From Eledone cirrhosa (Eukaryota): DNA of 64,000 nt. Where the stretch lies: the NCBI GenBank assembly GCA_964016885.1, contig OZ024741.1, forward strand, positions 366,048,001 through 366,112,000, given 5' to 3'. Below the pieces are notes generated by a model, which searched no databases, was not told where the DNA came from, and saw only the letters and a program-made list of their open reading frames with translations. Position 1 is the first letter of the stretch. Each line of letters starts with the position of its first letter. Below are positions 41,237-54,442 of this stretch, piece by piece. The position numbers were made by a program, and so were the translations under genes.

Positions 41237-41706
41237 TTCTAGACAGTGGGACTGAAACCTGAGCAACGTGGTTACAAAACGAATTCCTTAACCACTCAGC
41301 TATGCATACACTTGCAATGCTGAGTAATTTTACAGAATTTCTAACGAAAAAGAATGATTTGTGAAGTAGGTTAGAGTGTCGCAAACGCTTTGATTAGATT
41401 TAATCTACTGCCAGTTTAATATTCACCGCAACAATAAAATAATATATATGTATTCCAATTAGTACAGATATTTCTGACTAGACATTTGATGGAAATGTTC
41501 ATGAGAAGAAACCAATAGAGTTCCAAGCTTTGACTAATAAATTTTATGACGTAAATATATATATTTTATGACGTAATATATATATATAAATATATAGGTA
41601 TGAATGTATGTATATGTATGTGTGTATGCATGTGTGTATATGTATATATATATATATATATTATGTTTATGTATACACGTTTGTTTAGGGGTGTATACGT
41701 ATATAC

Positions 41707-41754
<48 letters not shown>

Positions 41755-42137
41755 TTATATATGTGTGTGTGTGTATGTGTGTGCGTGTGCGTGTGTTGGA
41801 GAGTGTGTGTGTGTGTGTGTGTGTATGTGTGTATGTGCGCGTGTGTGTCTGTAAATTTAGGAGAGTTTGCAGAAATTTGAGGTTAAATTTCTGTTTCCGT
41901 GAGTAAATTTACCTGATTTGTTCAATTACCATTTATAATTATCTACACTGTGGTAGCTTAGAAAGCAAATATAGGCAAACATATTTTTTTTTATCTATAC
42001 ATATATATATATATATATAATATATTCAATAATACATTTGAATTAAAAATATCCAATAATATATTTAAATGAAAATATATACGTGTATGTGTCCGAGTGT
42101 GCGTGCGGGTACGTTTCTGTGCGGTATGTGTGTGTGT

Positions 42138-42240
<103 letters not shown>

Positions 42241-42429
42241 TGCGTGTGTGTGCGTGTGTGTGTGTGTTTGTCACTGTATTTTAATGTGGAAATGCGTGTG
42301 TATATTCCAGTGTGAGAATGTATATATATATATCCGCAGGAAAATTACTTATTAAAATGAGTAACATAACGTAATGAATAAAAATGAACGAAAGATATGA
42401 TATGAAATGGGGGGGGGGGAATAGTGAGT

Positions 42430-42845
42430 GAACTGGTTGGTGTAGCTATACAGGCTTACAAATATATAGGAAGAGTGGACTCGGATGACTATTATTAAAA
42501 ATCTAAAGTTATTAAAGCGGACATATCAGTATGAATTATTGACTTATGGTGCATTGGGAAAATATAGTCGCCGCAATGCCGATAATTATAATGATACTTG
42601 ATAACTATAATAGTTGAATAGATCTAGTAAAGTACTCCTGGAGAGGGAAACGAATCAAACCACACATCTCTCGTATGTCAGACGAACCCGTTTAACCATA
42701 ACGTGAAATGGTTAAATGCACTCGCCCAGTATACGAGATATACGTTTTACTATTCCTGCTAGAGGTCTCCGTCCAATATTTTTCTGATCTAGAGGCATTT
42801 CACACGATCTTATCGACAGGAAGTTGTTTTAACTACACCCCTAAC
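42430..42845. mobile_element. Old degenerate fold-back with a tRNA-like segment
   Basis: Hairpin tctcgtat...tttaaccat / atggttaaa...atacgaga centred ~42703. The minus arm reads tggttaa..gttcgtctgacatacga..ggtttgattc, which is tRNA-like. Confidence 0.35.
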
Positions 42846-43304
42846 ATTTCTTCTATTGCCATTTACATGGTTTATTCAGGGAAATACAATAATATTTTCT
42901 CTATATTACCTCGAAATATATAGGGAGTAGAATGATTGTTAAATACAGTGGATAACTATATTCAGTACATTGTGGGTTATTGATTTTACAAGTACTTTAT
43001 ATTGGATTTACTTAGACATATCACGAATTGAATGGGTGAGATCATAAGCTCGTTTTGTCATCGCCATCTTGAAAACAGCACTTTCAAAGCACATTAGGAA
43101 AGGAGTGACCACGAGGTTACCATGGGCTATGTTAGATAAAAATGTATCCGATTCAAGTCACCACAGTGACACGAAGAAGTACTACATCCTCTGCTATTCT
43201 ACTTCAATGTTCAATAAAAAGAATGAGCTAATTTATTCTAACTTGGGAATGTGAAAGGAAATCGCTCTATTCTGATGCATGGCAGACACAAACCGAAGAA
43301 CATA

Positions 43305-43437
43305 TAATTGTTTCTACTTTTGGCACAAGGCCAACATTTATCTCAGTGTATTACTGGCACTTTATTTTATCGACCCCGTAAGGATGAAAGGCAAAGTTAA
43401 CCTCGGCGGGATTTGAACTCAGTCAGTAAAGGGACGT
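43305..43437 (-). mobile_element. tRNA-derived SINE, 5'-truncated
   Basis: Reverse complement of the conserved body. Confidence 0.75.
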
Positions 43438-43444
43438 GAGAACA

Positions 43445-43634
43445 TATAATAATTTACGACTTATTAATTTTATTTAGGCCCATATAGATTTGAAAAGGCA
43501 AGTAAGGTCCTATACACAACAGTGGTTATAGAGAAAAGGTGAAACTGGAAATAGCACGGAAAATATATTTTAGGGTCTAAAAATAAAAAAATATAAACAG
43601 ATCCTAAAATATATTTTCCGTGCTATTTCCAGCT

Positions 43635-43647
<13 letters not shown>
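43445..43647 (-). mobile_element. Fold-back element
   Basis: Arms 43530-43578 / 43599-43647; the short arm runs into (CT)n(TA)n. Confidence 0.6.
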
Positions 43648-43713
<66 letters not shown>

Positions 43714-43985
43714 TGAAGCAACATCCACTAAATAATAAATGGACACTCCAGACCCGACCTGTACTGGCACTAGTGAAACAACACCCATAACATAAAGATG
43801 CTAAACACCAGCATAGTACCAGGCATTAAAATCCACACGGGACTGATTGCTTGAACACCGGCCAGAGTTACTCCCCCTGCTCTGTGATAATAAAAACACA
43901 TGCACGGAGAAGAAAATGAATGATGATGTTAATTTGATTGTAAAGTCCCTCCTGGCTCCTATATTGAACATTATTTTGCTTTCGA

Positions 43986-44028
43986 TGCCCTTGATAATCC
44001 CGCTAAGGGCGAAACGTACGTAGGTGCA
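43986..44028 (+). ncRNA. Minimal type I hammerhead with U3-A8 variant core
   Basis: tgccc-TTGATAA-t ccc gctaa ggg c-GAAAC-gtac-GTA-ggtgca, with palindromic ACGTACGT stem III; lies in island 43711-44080 between (TA)n tracts. Confidence 0.7.
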
Positions 44029-44077
44029 CAATTATATAAACATGTTTTAACGGTTTTAAACTCTTTGTATTCATTTC

Positions 44078-44118
<41 letters not shown>

Positions 44119-44121
<3 letters not shown>

Positions 44122-44624
44122 AGTAAGAATATTTTCGAAACAGCGAGTGGGTTTGAAATTATTAGAAATGTAAGCTATCGCCGTATTATGACTAAAGAAA
44201 TTAAAGAAATTATTTAGTCTGATAGTGGGGTTAAGAACCTTCGGAGAAATGGAAAAAGATGAGTATTGACGTACATGGGAGTCGAACCCACATCTTTGGT
44301 TATCCGGACCACTGTGCTACCATAATACGGCGATAGCTTACATTTCTAATAATTTCAAACCGACTCGCTGTTTCGAAAATATCCTTACTTGACATTACAG
44401 TCGCTAAGTTTATAGCTTCTAATTTGAATGGAAAGAGACGGGTGATGTGTTGGTGTAAATGGTAGCACAGTGGTCCGGATAACCAAAGATGTGGGTCCAA
44501 CTCCCATGTACGTCAATACTCATCTTTTTCCATTTCTCCGAGGGTTCTTAACCCCACTATCAGGCTAAAAAATTTCTTTAATTTCTTTCGTCAAAATACG
44601 GCGATAGCTTACATTTCTAATAAT
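44119..44624 (+). mobile_element. tRNA-containing fold-back element, 271-bp unit with terminal redundancy
   Basis: aatacggcgatagcttacatttctaataat occurs at 44324 and 44595. 44119-44323 is an inverted copy spanning the unit junction. (TA)n on both sides. Confidence 0.75.
44444..44515 (+). pseudogene. tRNA-like cloverleaf embedded in a repeat (not a canonical tRNA)
   Basis: 72 nt. Acceptor gatgtgt/gtacgtc, D arm gtgt-aaatggta-gcac, tggt-ccggata-acca, T arm gtggg/cccat (GTTCGAC loop in the mirror copy), TTTTT 10 nt downstream. Confidence 0.7.
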
Positions 44625-44772
44625 ATATATATATATATATATAAATATATGTGTGTGTGTGTGCATACATATATAAATATATAGATAGATAGATACATGC
44701 ATATCTCTCTCTCTCTATATATATATATATACACACACACACACTCATATATATATATATATATATATATAT

Positions 44773-44840
<68 letters not shown>

Positions 44841-44938
44841 GAGTGAAGAATAATATGGATAGGCTATACAGTAGGGTTTATTACAAGTATTAACAAATGT
44901 TTCATTGGTCCGCTGTTTCTAAAAACCGCCAACCGCAA

Positions 44939-45047
44939 TGTGCCGCGGCACTCGATTTTAATTACAGTTTACACCAACCAAATTCTCAAAATAGTTTTGA
45001 GAATTTGGTTGGTGTAAATTGTAATTAAAATCGAGTGCCATGGCACA
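44939..45047. repeat. 53-bp-arm hairpin with 3-nt loop
   Basis: 44939-44991 / 44995-45047 with 3 mismatches. Confidence 0.85.
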
Positions 45048-45650
45048 CTCAGTTGATAAAAAAAATAATGTACCACGACCGGAGAGAAATACGAAAAAAC
45101 TAGTGTAAAGTCCATTTTACTTGGAAATATGCATAGAAAGAGGAGAGAATTAAAATTGGGAGTGATAATACAGTGGCCCCAGACGTAAAAATCTAACCCT
45201 CGAACGAATTATTAAAGAATTGAAACCGCTTAGGAAACAAATAAATTCAATGCTTTTTTATTACAAGGAAGCCATTACATATATTATTTATTGAATTTGA
45301 TTAATAAATATTAAATTTATTTTCTTCTACTAAAAATATAAAAAAAATTGAATCTCTTTAAAGAAATGGAGTTCTCCACACAAGAACCAACATTAAAATA
45401 GTTTTAATTACTTCTCATTTTTCATTTTATAGTATCACTGTTTCTTTCCCAACAGCAAACCTCGTAGGCTGTTGAATAATAAATAGCTAAATTTTAAACA
45501 AATTTCAGTGTTATTATCAGGCTTCCGTTGTCGTCGTTGCTGCCGTTCCTTTCCATTCAAATAAACCACTGGCTACTACTTCAGTTATATTTATAACATA
45601 TCTAATTCACTGGAAACTTCAGATAATTAAGCAAACCTCCCACAGTATGA

Positions 45651-45734
<84 letters not shown>

Positions 45735-46132
45735 TCTCTATCTATCTATCTCTACATACATATATATATATATATATATAACTGTGTATGTGAGTAATGC
45801 AAAGAAAGCAGAGATAAAAATTAAGTCATTTTCTTGTAACAGACATTTCTGCAAAAGAAAAAAATGAAAGAACAAAAAGTAAAAGACCTTGCTTAAGCTA
45901 TATTATAGCTATATAATAGCTATATAATAGATGTGTTTAAATATAAAAATCAAAGCGTTGACTCGGAGATTCAATTTGTTTATATTTGTGCCGATGGAAA
46001 AGCCAAAAATGAATTAAAAAATTATGTCCGTATAATGGCGGATCCATATAACCACGCCTGGTGATTTGAGATTTGAAAATTTCGGAATCCAATCATAGAA
46101 AATAACGGCAACCTCAATCGATTGCGACAGAT

Positions 46133-46330
46133 AATTGTTTCTTATATAGGCACAAGGCCAGAAATTGGTAGCAGGAGAAAATCTATTAAATCGACCTCAG
46201 TGCGTGACTGGTACTTTATTTTATCGACCCAGTAAAGATTAAAGACAGACTTAACCTCGGCGGGATTTGAACTCAGATCATAAAGGGCCATAACTTTATC
46301 CTGCAAAGAATGGCATCCAACCCTCTACCG
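46133..46330 (-). mobile_element. tRNA-derived SINE (family of 10320)
   Basis: Reverse complement of the body and head. Confidence 0.75.
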
Positions 46331-46465
46331 TTCACCATAAATATTAGCATTGATAAAATAGAAACGAGTAAAGGGGCTAGCAGTATTTTACTCAATTTTC
46401 TAAACAGTTTATAGCGATCAACTATTTGTGTTTGGATTCCCCCATTTTGAAATATATATATATAT

Positions 46466-47075
46466 AAATATAAGTATGTATACGTACATATATATGTATA
46501 CAGACGTACAGTATGCATATACATATATGCACACACATATATATATATGTACGTATGGGTTTACCGAACATTTATTATAATGCTCAGTTTGTTTGTGAAC
46601 AAACAGCCCGAATTATTAGCCGTAGTGTTCGGCAACCATCGTTGCCATTTTGTTCAACACTGACAAAGAAACAATGAACTAGTTTCTAGCTTATTAGCTG
46701 TCATCAGCACCGTATACCTTCCTATTAGTTGATTGAACGTTTGAAAGTATATACTTTCCTTATGCATATTAACGCCTGAGCAGCCTAATTCGCATATCGA
46801 GTGAGTTAGTGGGCCGGGCGTACCGAAAACGATACATGAAAAAAATGAAATTTCATTTCTCACTCTTAGTACGGCTGATACTTAAATATAAGTATGTATA
46901 CGTACATACATATATGTAAACTCAAACGTACATATATATATATATATATATATGTGCATGTATGTATGTATATACACACTACTGTACGTCTGTATACATA
47001 TATCTATGTACGTTTACATACTTATATTTAAGTATCAGCCGTACGAAGAGTGAGAAATGAAATTTCATTTTTTCC

Positions 47076-47079
<4 letters not shown>
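46466..47079 (-). mobile_element. Family B element, second copy (418-bp period, different end points, inverted arm ~46955-47079)
   Basis: aaatataagtatgtatacgtacata occurs at 46466 and 46884; homologous to 1235-1740. Confidence 0.75.
46671..46713 (-). ncRNA. Minimal type I hammerhead ribozyme
   Basis: Minus strand: acggtg-CTGATGA-c agct aata agct a-GAAAC-ta-GTT-cattgt. Stem I changes relative to the 1423 copy retain G-U pairing. Confidence 0.8.
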
Positions 47080-47121
<42 letters not shown>

Positions 47122-47169
47122 ATCTTGAGCTGTGTTTAGTAACATCTGCATCTGTAACCATATGAGGAT

Positions 47170-47212
47170 ACCAAATACTAGTATTTCGGGATTTTTATCC
47201 ATCTTCGGTGCC
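47170..47212 (-). ncRNA. Degenerate hammerhead motif (U4>C)
   Basis: Minus strand: ca-CCGAAGA-t gga taaaaa tcc c-GAAA-tactagta-TT-tg, with a palindromic stem III; ~50 nt from (TA)n. Confidence 0.55.
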
Positions 47213-47416
47213 GTTTATTCACTTGCTGTTGGGGTAAAGTAATCTAATAGCTTATATGTTTAAATAGAATTTGGAATACATGATGATGTTAATGGGAAAA
47301 AAATCTTGTAGGTTATTGTTTTCTGAAAATTATCCATCAGACATTTAGTGTTTGTCCGCTCAAACTCGAATAATTTCCGTTATTTTTAGTTTCTTTTCGT
47401 TCATGCTTTACATACG

Positions 47417-47981
47417 TTCTTCTTCTTCTTCTTCTTCTTCTTCTTCTTCTTCTTCTTCTTCTCCTTCTCCTTCTTCTTCTTCTTCTTCTTCTCCTTCTTC
47501 TTCTTCTTCTTCTTCTTCTTCTTCTTCTTCTTCTTCTTCTCCTTCTTCTTCTCCTTCTTCTTCTTCTTCTTCTTCTTCTTCTTCTCCTTCTTCTTCTTCT
47601 TCTTCTTCTCCTTCTTCTTCTTCTTCTTCTTCTTCTTCTTCTTCTTCTTCTTCTTCTTCTCCTTCTTCTTCTCCTTCTTCTTCTTCTTCTTCTTCTCCTT
47701 CTTCTTCTTCTTCTTCTTCTTCTCCTTCTTCTTCTTCTTCTTCTTCTTCTTCTTCTCCTTCTTCTTCTTCTTCTTCTTCTTCTTCTCCTTCTTCTTCTTC
47801 TTCTTCTTCTTCTCCTTCTCCTTCTCCTTCTTCTTCTTCTTCTTCTCCTTCTTCTTCTTCTTCTTCTTCTTCTCCTTCTTCTTCTTCTTCTCCTTCTTCT
47901 TCTTCTTCTTCTTCTTCTTCTCCTTCTTCTTCTTCTTCTTCTTCTTCTTCTTCTCCTTCTTCTTCTTCTTCTTCTTCTTCT
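47417..47981. repeat. (TTC)n/(GAA)n tract with GGA interruptions, ~565 bp
   Basis: Direct reading; abuts the 3' end of the RTE fragment. Confidence 0.95.
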
Positions 47982-49110
47982 CTCACTTATTCCTGGGAGA
48001 GCCGGGGAACAGATTCCTCAGACACAACATTCCAAAGTGTCCTATCAGACGAAACTGTCTCCACTTGATCCAGCTGTATCCCCAAACTAGACCAAACGCG
48101 CTCATGGATATTATGCAACCACCTTCATTCCTTAATCACCGAGCTATGTATCCTATAGTGTAACGTTAGCCAAATATCCTCCGGAGGAATCCCAAAATTC
48201 ATGACCATAGGTAATATTGGGATCTCCCTTTGTCTGGTGATAGAATCCTAAAGCTAGCACATTAAAGCATCAGCTACTGCAATTCTTGAATTTTATTCAG
48301 TTTCCTGATTTTCATCACTCTTGAAATCGATCCTGAGATACTTGAACTTGTCCACACACATTTAATGGAAATCCACTCCACTCCCAGCCAGACTGCATTA
48401 CACGGGTTTTCCTGAGAGAATCAGTATCATAGCCCTGGTTTTGGGTCATGCTAAGAAGGTCTCTGCAGAAGACTTATCCAGTGCTTGTCGGCGATCACCT
48501 TGCCGCAATTTAAGTAGGACTATGTCGTCTGCAAATCCCAGTCGACTATGTACTGGAGCTTGTTCATAGTGGAGAGCATATTACTAGAACAGAAGTTTAA
48601 TGAGGCACTTGCATACGCATTTAGATAGGGGTCGCCGTACCACATCATATGACCAGTACCAACATGTGCATTGATGTTTCCCATTCATATGACTCAGTCG
48701 CAATTATATTTAAAGCTGCAGTGACTTCATCAACGAAGGATTTGTATTCGGACTTGCTGTCTAACGCCTGACCTTGTACCACCCAGTCCATAACACATTC
48801 AGGCCGCCGAGAACCTGTGAGTATCCCTACTCCCACCTGTGCAGTCATTTCTGGCGCTACACATAAATAGTGGATTTCCAACCTTCAACCAAATATACGG
48901 TACCAGAGCCACAGAACTTTGATTAAGAAAACTCCGACTATATGTAGCCGCTAACATCTTACCTTCTCTAATTGTTGCTGCTCCTTACATACAAGGGATA
49001 TAACGTTCCAGTTACTAATTGTTAATGTTTTACTCTCGTCTGGTCTCTCTTTGGCGTCTCAGGATGCAAACGTTTGTATATCCATCCCACGCCTCCCATG
49101 ACATGTCGCA
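47982..49110 (-). mobile_element. Internally deleted RTE-clade LINE remnant (APE and RT traces)
   Basis: Traces WNV.SL, VGVGILT, EYKSFVDEV (APE) and VDKFKYL (RT); 3' end runs into (GAA)n. Confidence 0.7.
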
Positions 49111-49613
49111 GACCAATTAGCAATGTTTATAGCGTAAGATGGAGACTGCCATATACCTACGAAAGAAACCCTGTATCTAAGTTTAGAAGGCATTCCTTTT
49201 TCCCTGCATTTTTGTCTGTGTAGTTTTATTTGCTCCATTCACCGCCTGATTACTTTTCTTAGAACCGCAAAGACTAGTCCTTGTATTTTTTTAGAGGCGA
49301 ATGTTATTCGATTCTTAGTATTTGCATCACTGGGATGTTTGACTTTTCTTGAGAGCTAATAGTGTCACACATACAATCATCTCCCCTAGTAGCTTACCGC
49401 TTTTTAGTCTGGGGAGGCATATTCGTCCGGCAGGAGCCCACATATATCGCAACTGACCATCTGGTAACCGTATCATTACCAGCCATATGTGACTCGTTCT
49501 CTAACAAAACGGCTCTGCCGAGGGAGAAATATCTATCTATATGTAAGCATCTACATATGTGTATTTGTGTATATGGATATACGGGTGTATGAATGTATAT
49601 GTGGGTATATATA

Positions 49614-49730
<117 letters not shown>

Positions 49731-51074
49731 TATATGTATGTATGTATGTGGTACGTAACCCATTTTAAATACATTAGGTAAAGAAAGGAAGTTATTTCAG
49801 GCAAGAATCGAAACACAATAATTGACTAATTGCGGTTATTAACCGTCATAACGATATAAGCTGGGTTGCATCGTTTGATCATATGTAAAATTATTTCACA
49901 TAGTTTCCCTTACCATTCAATTTTCAGATCATACAAAAATATATTTTAGGAACTATATATAATTAAGAATTCATTCTATTTCGTAATAAATGTACCAGCT
50001 TGATACTCATATTAGATATATTGATTTTAAATATATTCTTAGTGAATTCAGGCTTCATAATAAAATATTAGATCAATTAAATTTTTACAAGTCGTGTGAT
50101 GAATTCGATTTCACTTGGAGGTAGGTGTTGTAGTATTGACTATCACATTAAACTTAATTCATTCTACTTCACTTGGTGATGAATTAGCAGATAATTACAG
50201 CATGGGATTAAATGGCTCGGTATTTGTGCCACACTGGTCTGAACACAGCATTTTTATCCTTTCGGTGTCAATTATTTAGGTGCCAGTTCCAGTCCAGGAG
50301 CCTTGGATTGTCTTGCAATTGTTAAAGATCGGTCGGTATGCTACCTGTTATTGCACAATGCGTTCTACTTGCAAATTCTGCTTCACGTCATAAGAAAAGC
50401 GATAAGTTTTTTTTCCAGGAATTCCGAACGGCAGATATTATCAGCAATAGAAACACAATTTTTAAGATCCGACCTGAAATCCATTTTGTGATTTCCTCCG
50501 TCTTAATAAATTGGTCTCTTTTGGAATAGATACATAATCATTATGAAAGAAATTGGAGGGTATGTGACTTATCTTTCTTCTAATGTCATTATTGAGGCAA
50601 GCAGATAGGCTTTAAGAAATGATAGAACGCAATTCTTGGTGCTAGCATTATATTAGTATAAATGTTGTTGTGTGGGTATGATACTGCCCAGAATCCACCC
50701 ATTCATCTATCGCTTTTCAACCCCTATCTATCGCCTTTCAACCCCTATCTTTCAAGCCGTGGTGACATACTTCTTGGGCTTTAAAAAGCCAGCGGAAGCC
50801 ATCCCTCTGCAGGTCTGAACCCAACCAAGGTGTTTTGTCAAGAAAGAGAGTGAGAAATTATTGTAGAGAGAGATAGAATAATCAACCCCATTATGGAACT
50901 GGTGCTTTATTGACTTCGAGATAATGAAAACAAAATTAACCTTGATGGGATTTGTATATCAGAGCGCTGATAACCGGACAGATTAGAACAAATTATGCTA
51001 TCCAACTTTCCAACTTTTTTGCCGATTCACCACCTAACTTCCGAGAATATAATATATTCCATTGTTATTATTAT

Positions 51075-51410
51075 TTATGGCATATAGTTACAACCCTTTA
51101 CGTTCTGAGTTCAAATCCCGCCAAAGTTAATTTTGCCTGTCATCCTCACGGGGTCGATAATATAAAGCACCAGTAATGCACTGGGGTCCATTTAATCGAC
51201 TTTCTCCTTCGCTTCAAATTGCTGGCCATGTGCCAGAAGTAGAAACAATTATTATTATTATTTATGGCATATAGTTACAACCGTTTACAATCTGAGATCA
51301 AATCCCGCCGAGGATAGCTTTGACTTTCATCCTTACGGGGTCGATAAAATAAAGTACCAGTAATGCCCTGGGTATGTGCTGGCATTGTGCCTGAAGTAGA
51401 AACAATTATT
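51075..51410 (+). mobile_element. Two tandem 5'-truncated SINE copies
   Basis: The conserved body occurs twice, each preceded by ttattattatttatggcatatagt. Confidence 0.75.
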
Positions 51411-51639
51411 TACATAGTCTATACAATGGAACTTACTAAACTACCTATATCTCTAATTAACTATAATATTTCGTGTCTAATTAAATAACAATTATCATTA
51501 TTAATGTTGCAATTCCAGTTTAGTTCCTCTATTACCGCCACAGTCATACCATCCAATGTTACCAATGTTAGAACTATTGTCAACCTAATCAGTTTCCTTC
51601 ATATTTCCTATCACCATAATTTCTAGCAGACCTAACACT

Positions 51640-52161
51640 ACCAACACTCACACGAGAACCAACACTCACACGAGAACCAACACTCACACGAGAACCAACA
51701 CTCACACGAGAACCAACACTCACACGAGAACCAACACTCACACGAGAACCAACACGCACACGAGAACCAACACTCACACGAGAACCAACACGCACACGAG
51801 AACCAACACTCACACGAGAACCAACACTCACACGAGAACCAACACTCACACGAGAACCAACACGCACACGAGAACCAACACGCACACGAGAACCAACACG
51901 CACACGAGAACCAACACGCACACGAGAACCAACACGCACACGAGAACCAACACTCACACGAGAACCAACACGCACACGAGAACCAACACTCACACGAGAA
52001 CCAACACGCACACGAGAACCAACACGCACACGAGAACCAACACTCACACGAGAACCAACACGCACACGAGAACCAACACGCACACGAGAACCAACACTCA
52101 CACGAGAACCAACACTCACACGAGAACCAACACTCACACGAGAACCAACACGCACACGAGA
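51640..52161. repeat. 18-bp minisatellite accaacac(t/g)cacacgaga x29
   Basis: 522 bp = 29 units; only one position varies. Confidence 0.95.
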
Positions 52162-54110
52162 ACCAACACCAACAAACACACCAACACCAACACACATACC
52201 ATCACTAACACACACACCAACACCAACACACATACCATCACCAACACACACACCAACATCAACAAACACACCAACACCAACAAACACACCATCACTAACA
52301 CACATACCATCACTAACACACATACCATCACCAACAAACACACCAACACCAACACACACACCATCACTAACACACACACCATCACCAACACACACACCAA
52401 CACCAACAAACACACCAACACCAACAAACACACCAACACCAACACACACACCATCACTAACACACATACCATCACCAACACACACACCAACACCAACACA
52501 CATACCAACACCAACACACACACCAACACCAACACACACACCAACACCAACAAACACACCAACACCAACAAACACACCAACACCAACACACATACCATCA
52601 CCAACACACATACCAACACCAACAAACACACCAACACCAACAAACACACCAACACCAACACACACACCATCACTAACACACATACCATCACTAACACACA
52701 CACCAACACCAACACACATACCATCACCAACACACACACCAACACCAACACACATACCATCACCAACACACACACCAACACCAACAAACACCAACACCAA
52801 CACACACACCATCACTAACACAAACCATCACTAACACACATACCAACACACATACCATCACCAACACACACACCAACACCAACACACACACCATCACTAA
52901 CACAAACCATCACTAACACACACACCAACAGACATACCATCACCAACACACACACCAACACCAACACACACAACACCAACACACACACCATCACTAACAC
53001 ACATACCATCACTAACACACATACCATCACTAACACACTCCATCATTAACACACACACCAGCACCAAAACACACGTCGTCAATAACACACACCAACACGC
53101 ACAGCATCACTAACACACATCAACTCCTACACACATACATATACCATCACACTCACGCACACACACCAGTTCCTACATACATACATAGATACATACACCA
53201 ACACACACACACACAGACACCAACTGCTACACACATACATACACCATCACACACCGACTCCTCCACACATACATACACCAACACATACACACACAGACAC
53301 ACACCAACTCTTACACACATACAAACACCAACGCCAACACACACACACACCAACTCCTACACATACATACGCCAACGAACACACACCATTACCAACTCCT
53401 ACACACATACTTACACCATCACACACACACACACCAACCTTCATACACACACATACACCAACACACACACCAACCACCAACACCAACTCTGACGCCATCC
53501 TCATTAATATCGACATCCTCATCACAAATACCAACACCAACACACACACATAACAATACCAACACCTACACACACATACCAATACCAATACCTACACCTA
53601 CACATACATACCAGCACCAACACCTACACATACATACCAACACCAACACATACACACATACATACCAACACCAACACCTACACATACATACCAACACCAA
53701 CACCTACACACACACATACCAACACCTACACATACATACCAACACCAACACCTACACACACACATACCAACACCTACACATACATACCAACGCCAACACA
53801 CACACGTACATACTAACACCAACACCAACACACACACACATACATACCAACGCCAACATACATCAACACTTACACACCTACAAATCCCAGTACACACACT
53901 CACATCAAACAACATCACCAACACCTTCATTTACAAACACAGAAACAGCAACTCCTATACACACACACACACCACTACCTACGCCAACACCAACACACGC
54001 ACACCAACACCTACACACATACATACACCAACATACACACACACACACACCATCACCTACACACATACATACACTAACACACACACCATCACCCACACAC
54101 ACACACTAAA
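52162..54110. repeat. Degenerate CA-rich tandem array (18-bp period decaying to low complexity)
   Basis: accaacaccaacacacac / accatcactaacacacat units with increasing divergence rightwards. Confidence 0.85.
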
Positions 54111-54355
54111 CACTATTACCAATACCATCGCCATTACTATCAATATCACCATCATCCTTATCGTTGTTTTAATCATTTTAATTGCTCTCTCTCTCTCTCT
54201 TTCTCTCTCTCTCGCTTTCTCTCTCTCTATCTATATCTATCTCTCCTTCTCTCTTTCTCTCTCTCTCTCTATCTATCTATCTATATCTTTCTCTCAATCT
54301 TTCTCTCTCTCTCTTTATCTTTATCTCTATATATCTCTATCTCCCCCTCTCCCAG

Positions 54356-54442
<87 letters not shown>

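Noticed and set aside
44444-44515. Functional tRNA gene
   Set aside because: Non-canonical anticodon loop (no U33), several G-U acceptor pairs and a mutated T loop; embedded in a repeat.
47352-48068. Poly-Ser / poly-Glu ORFs
   Set aside because: They are translations of the (TTC)n tail of an RTE remnant.
51640-52161. Possible CRISPR array, or the repetitive 410-aa ORF (51589-52821)
   Set aside because: Units are contiguous with no unique spacers, no cas genes are present and the context is eukaryotic. The ORF is open only because the repeat lacks stop codons.
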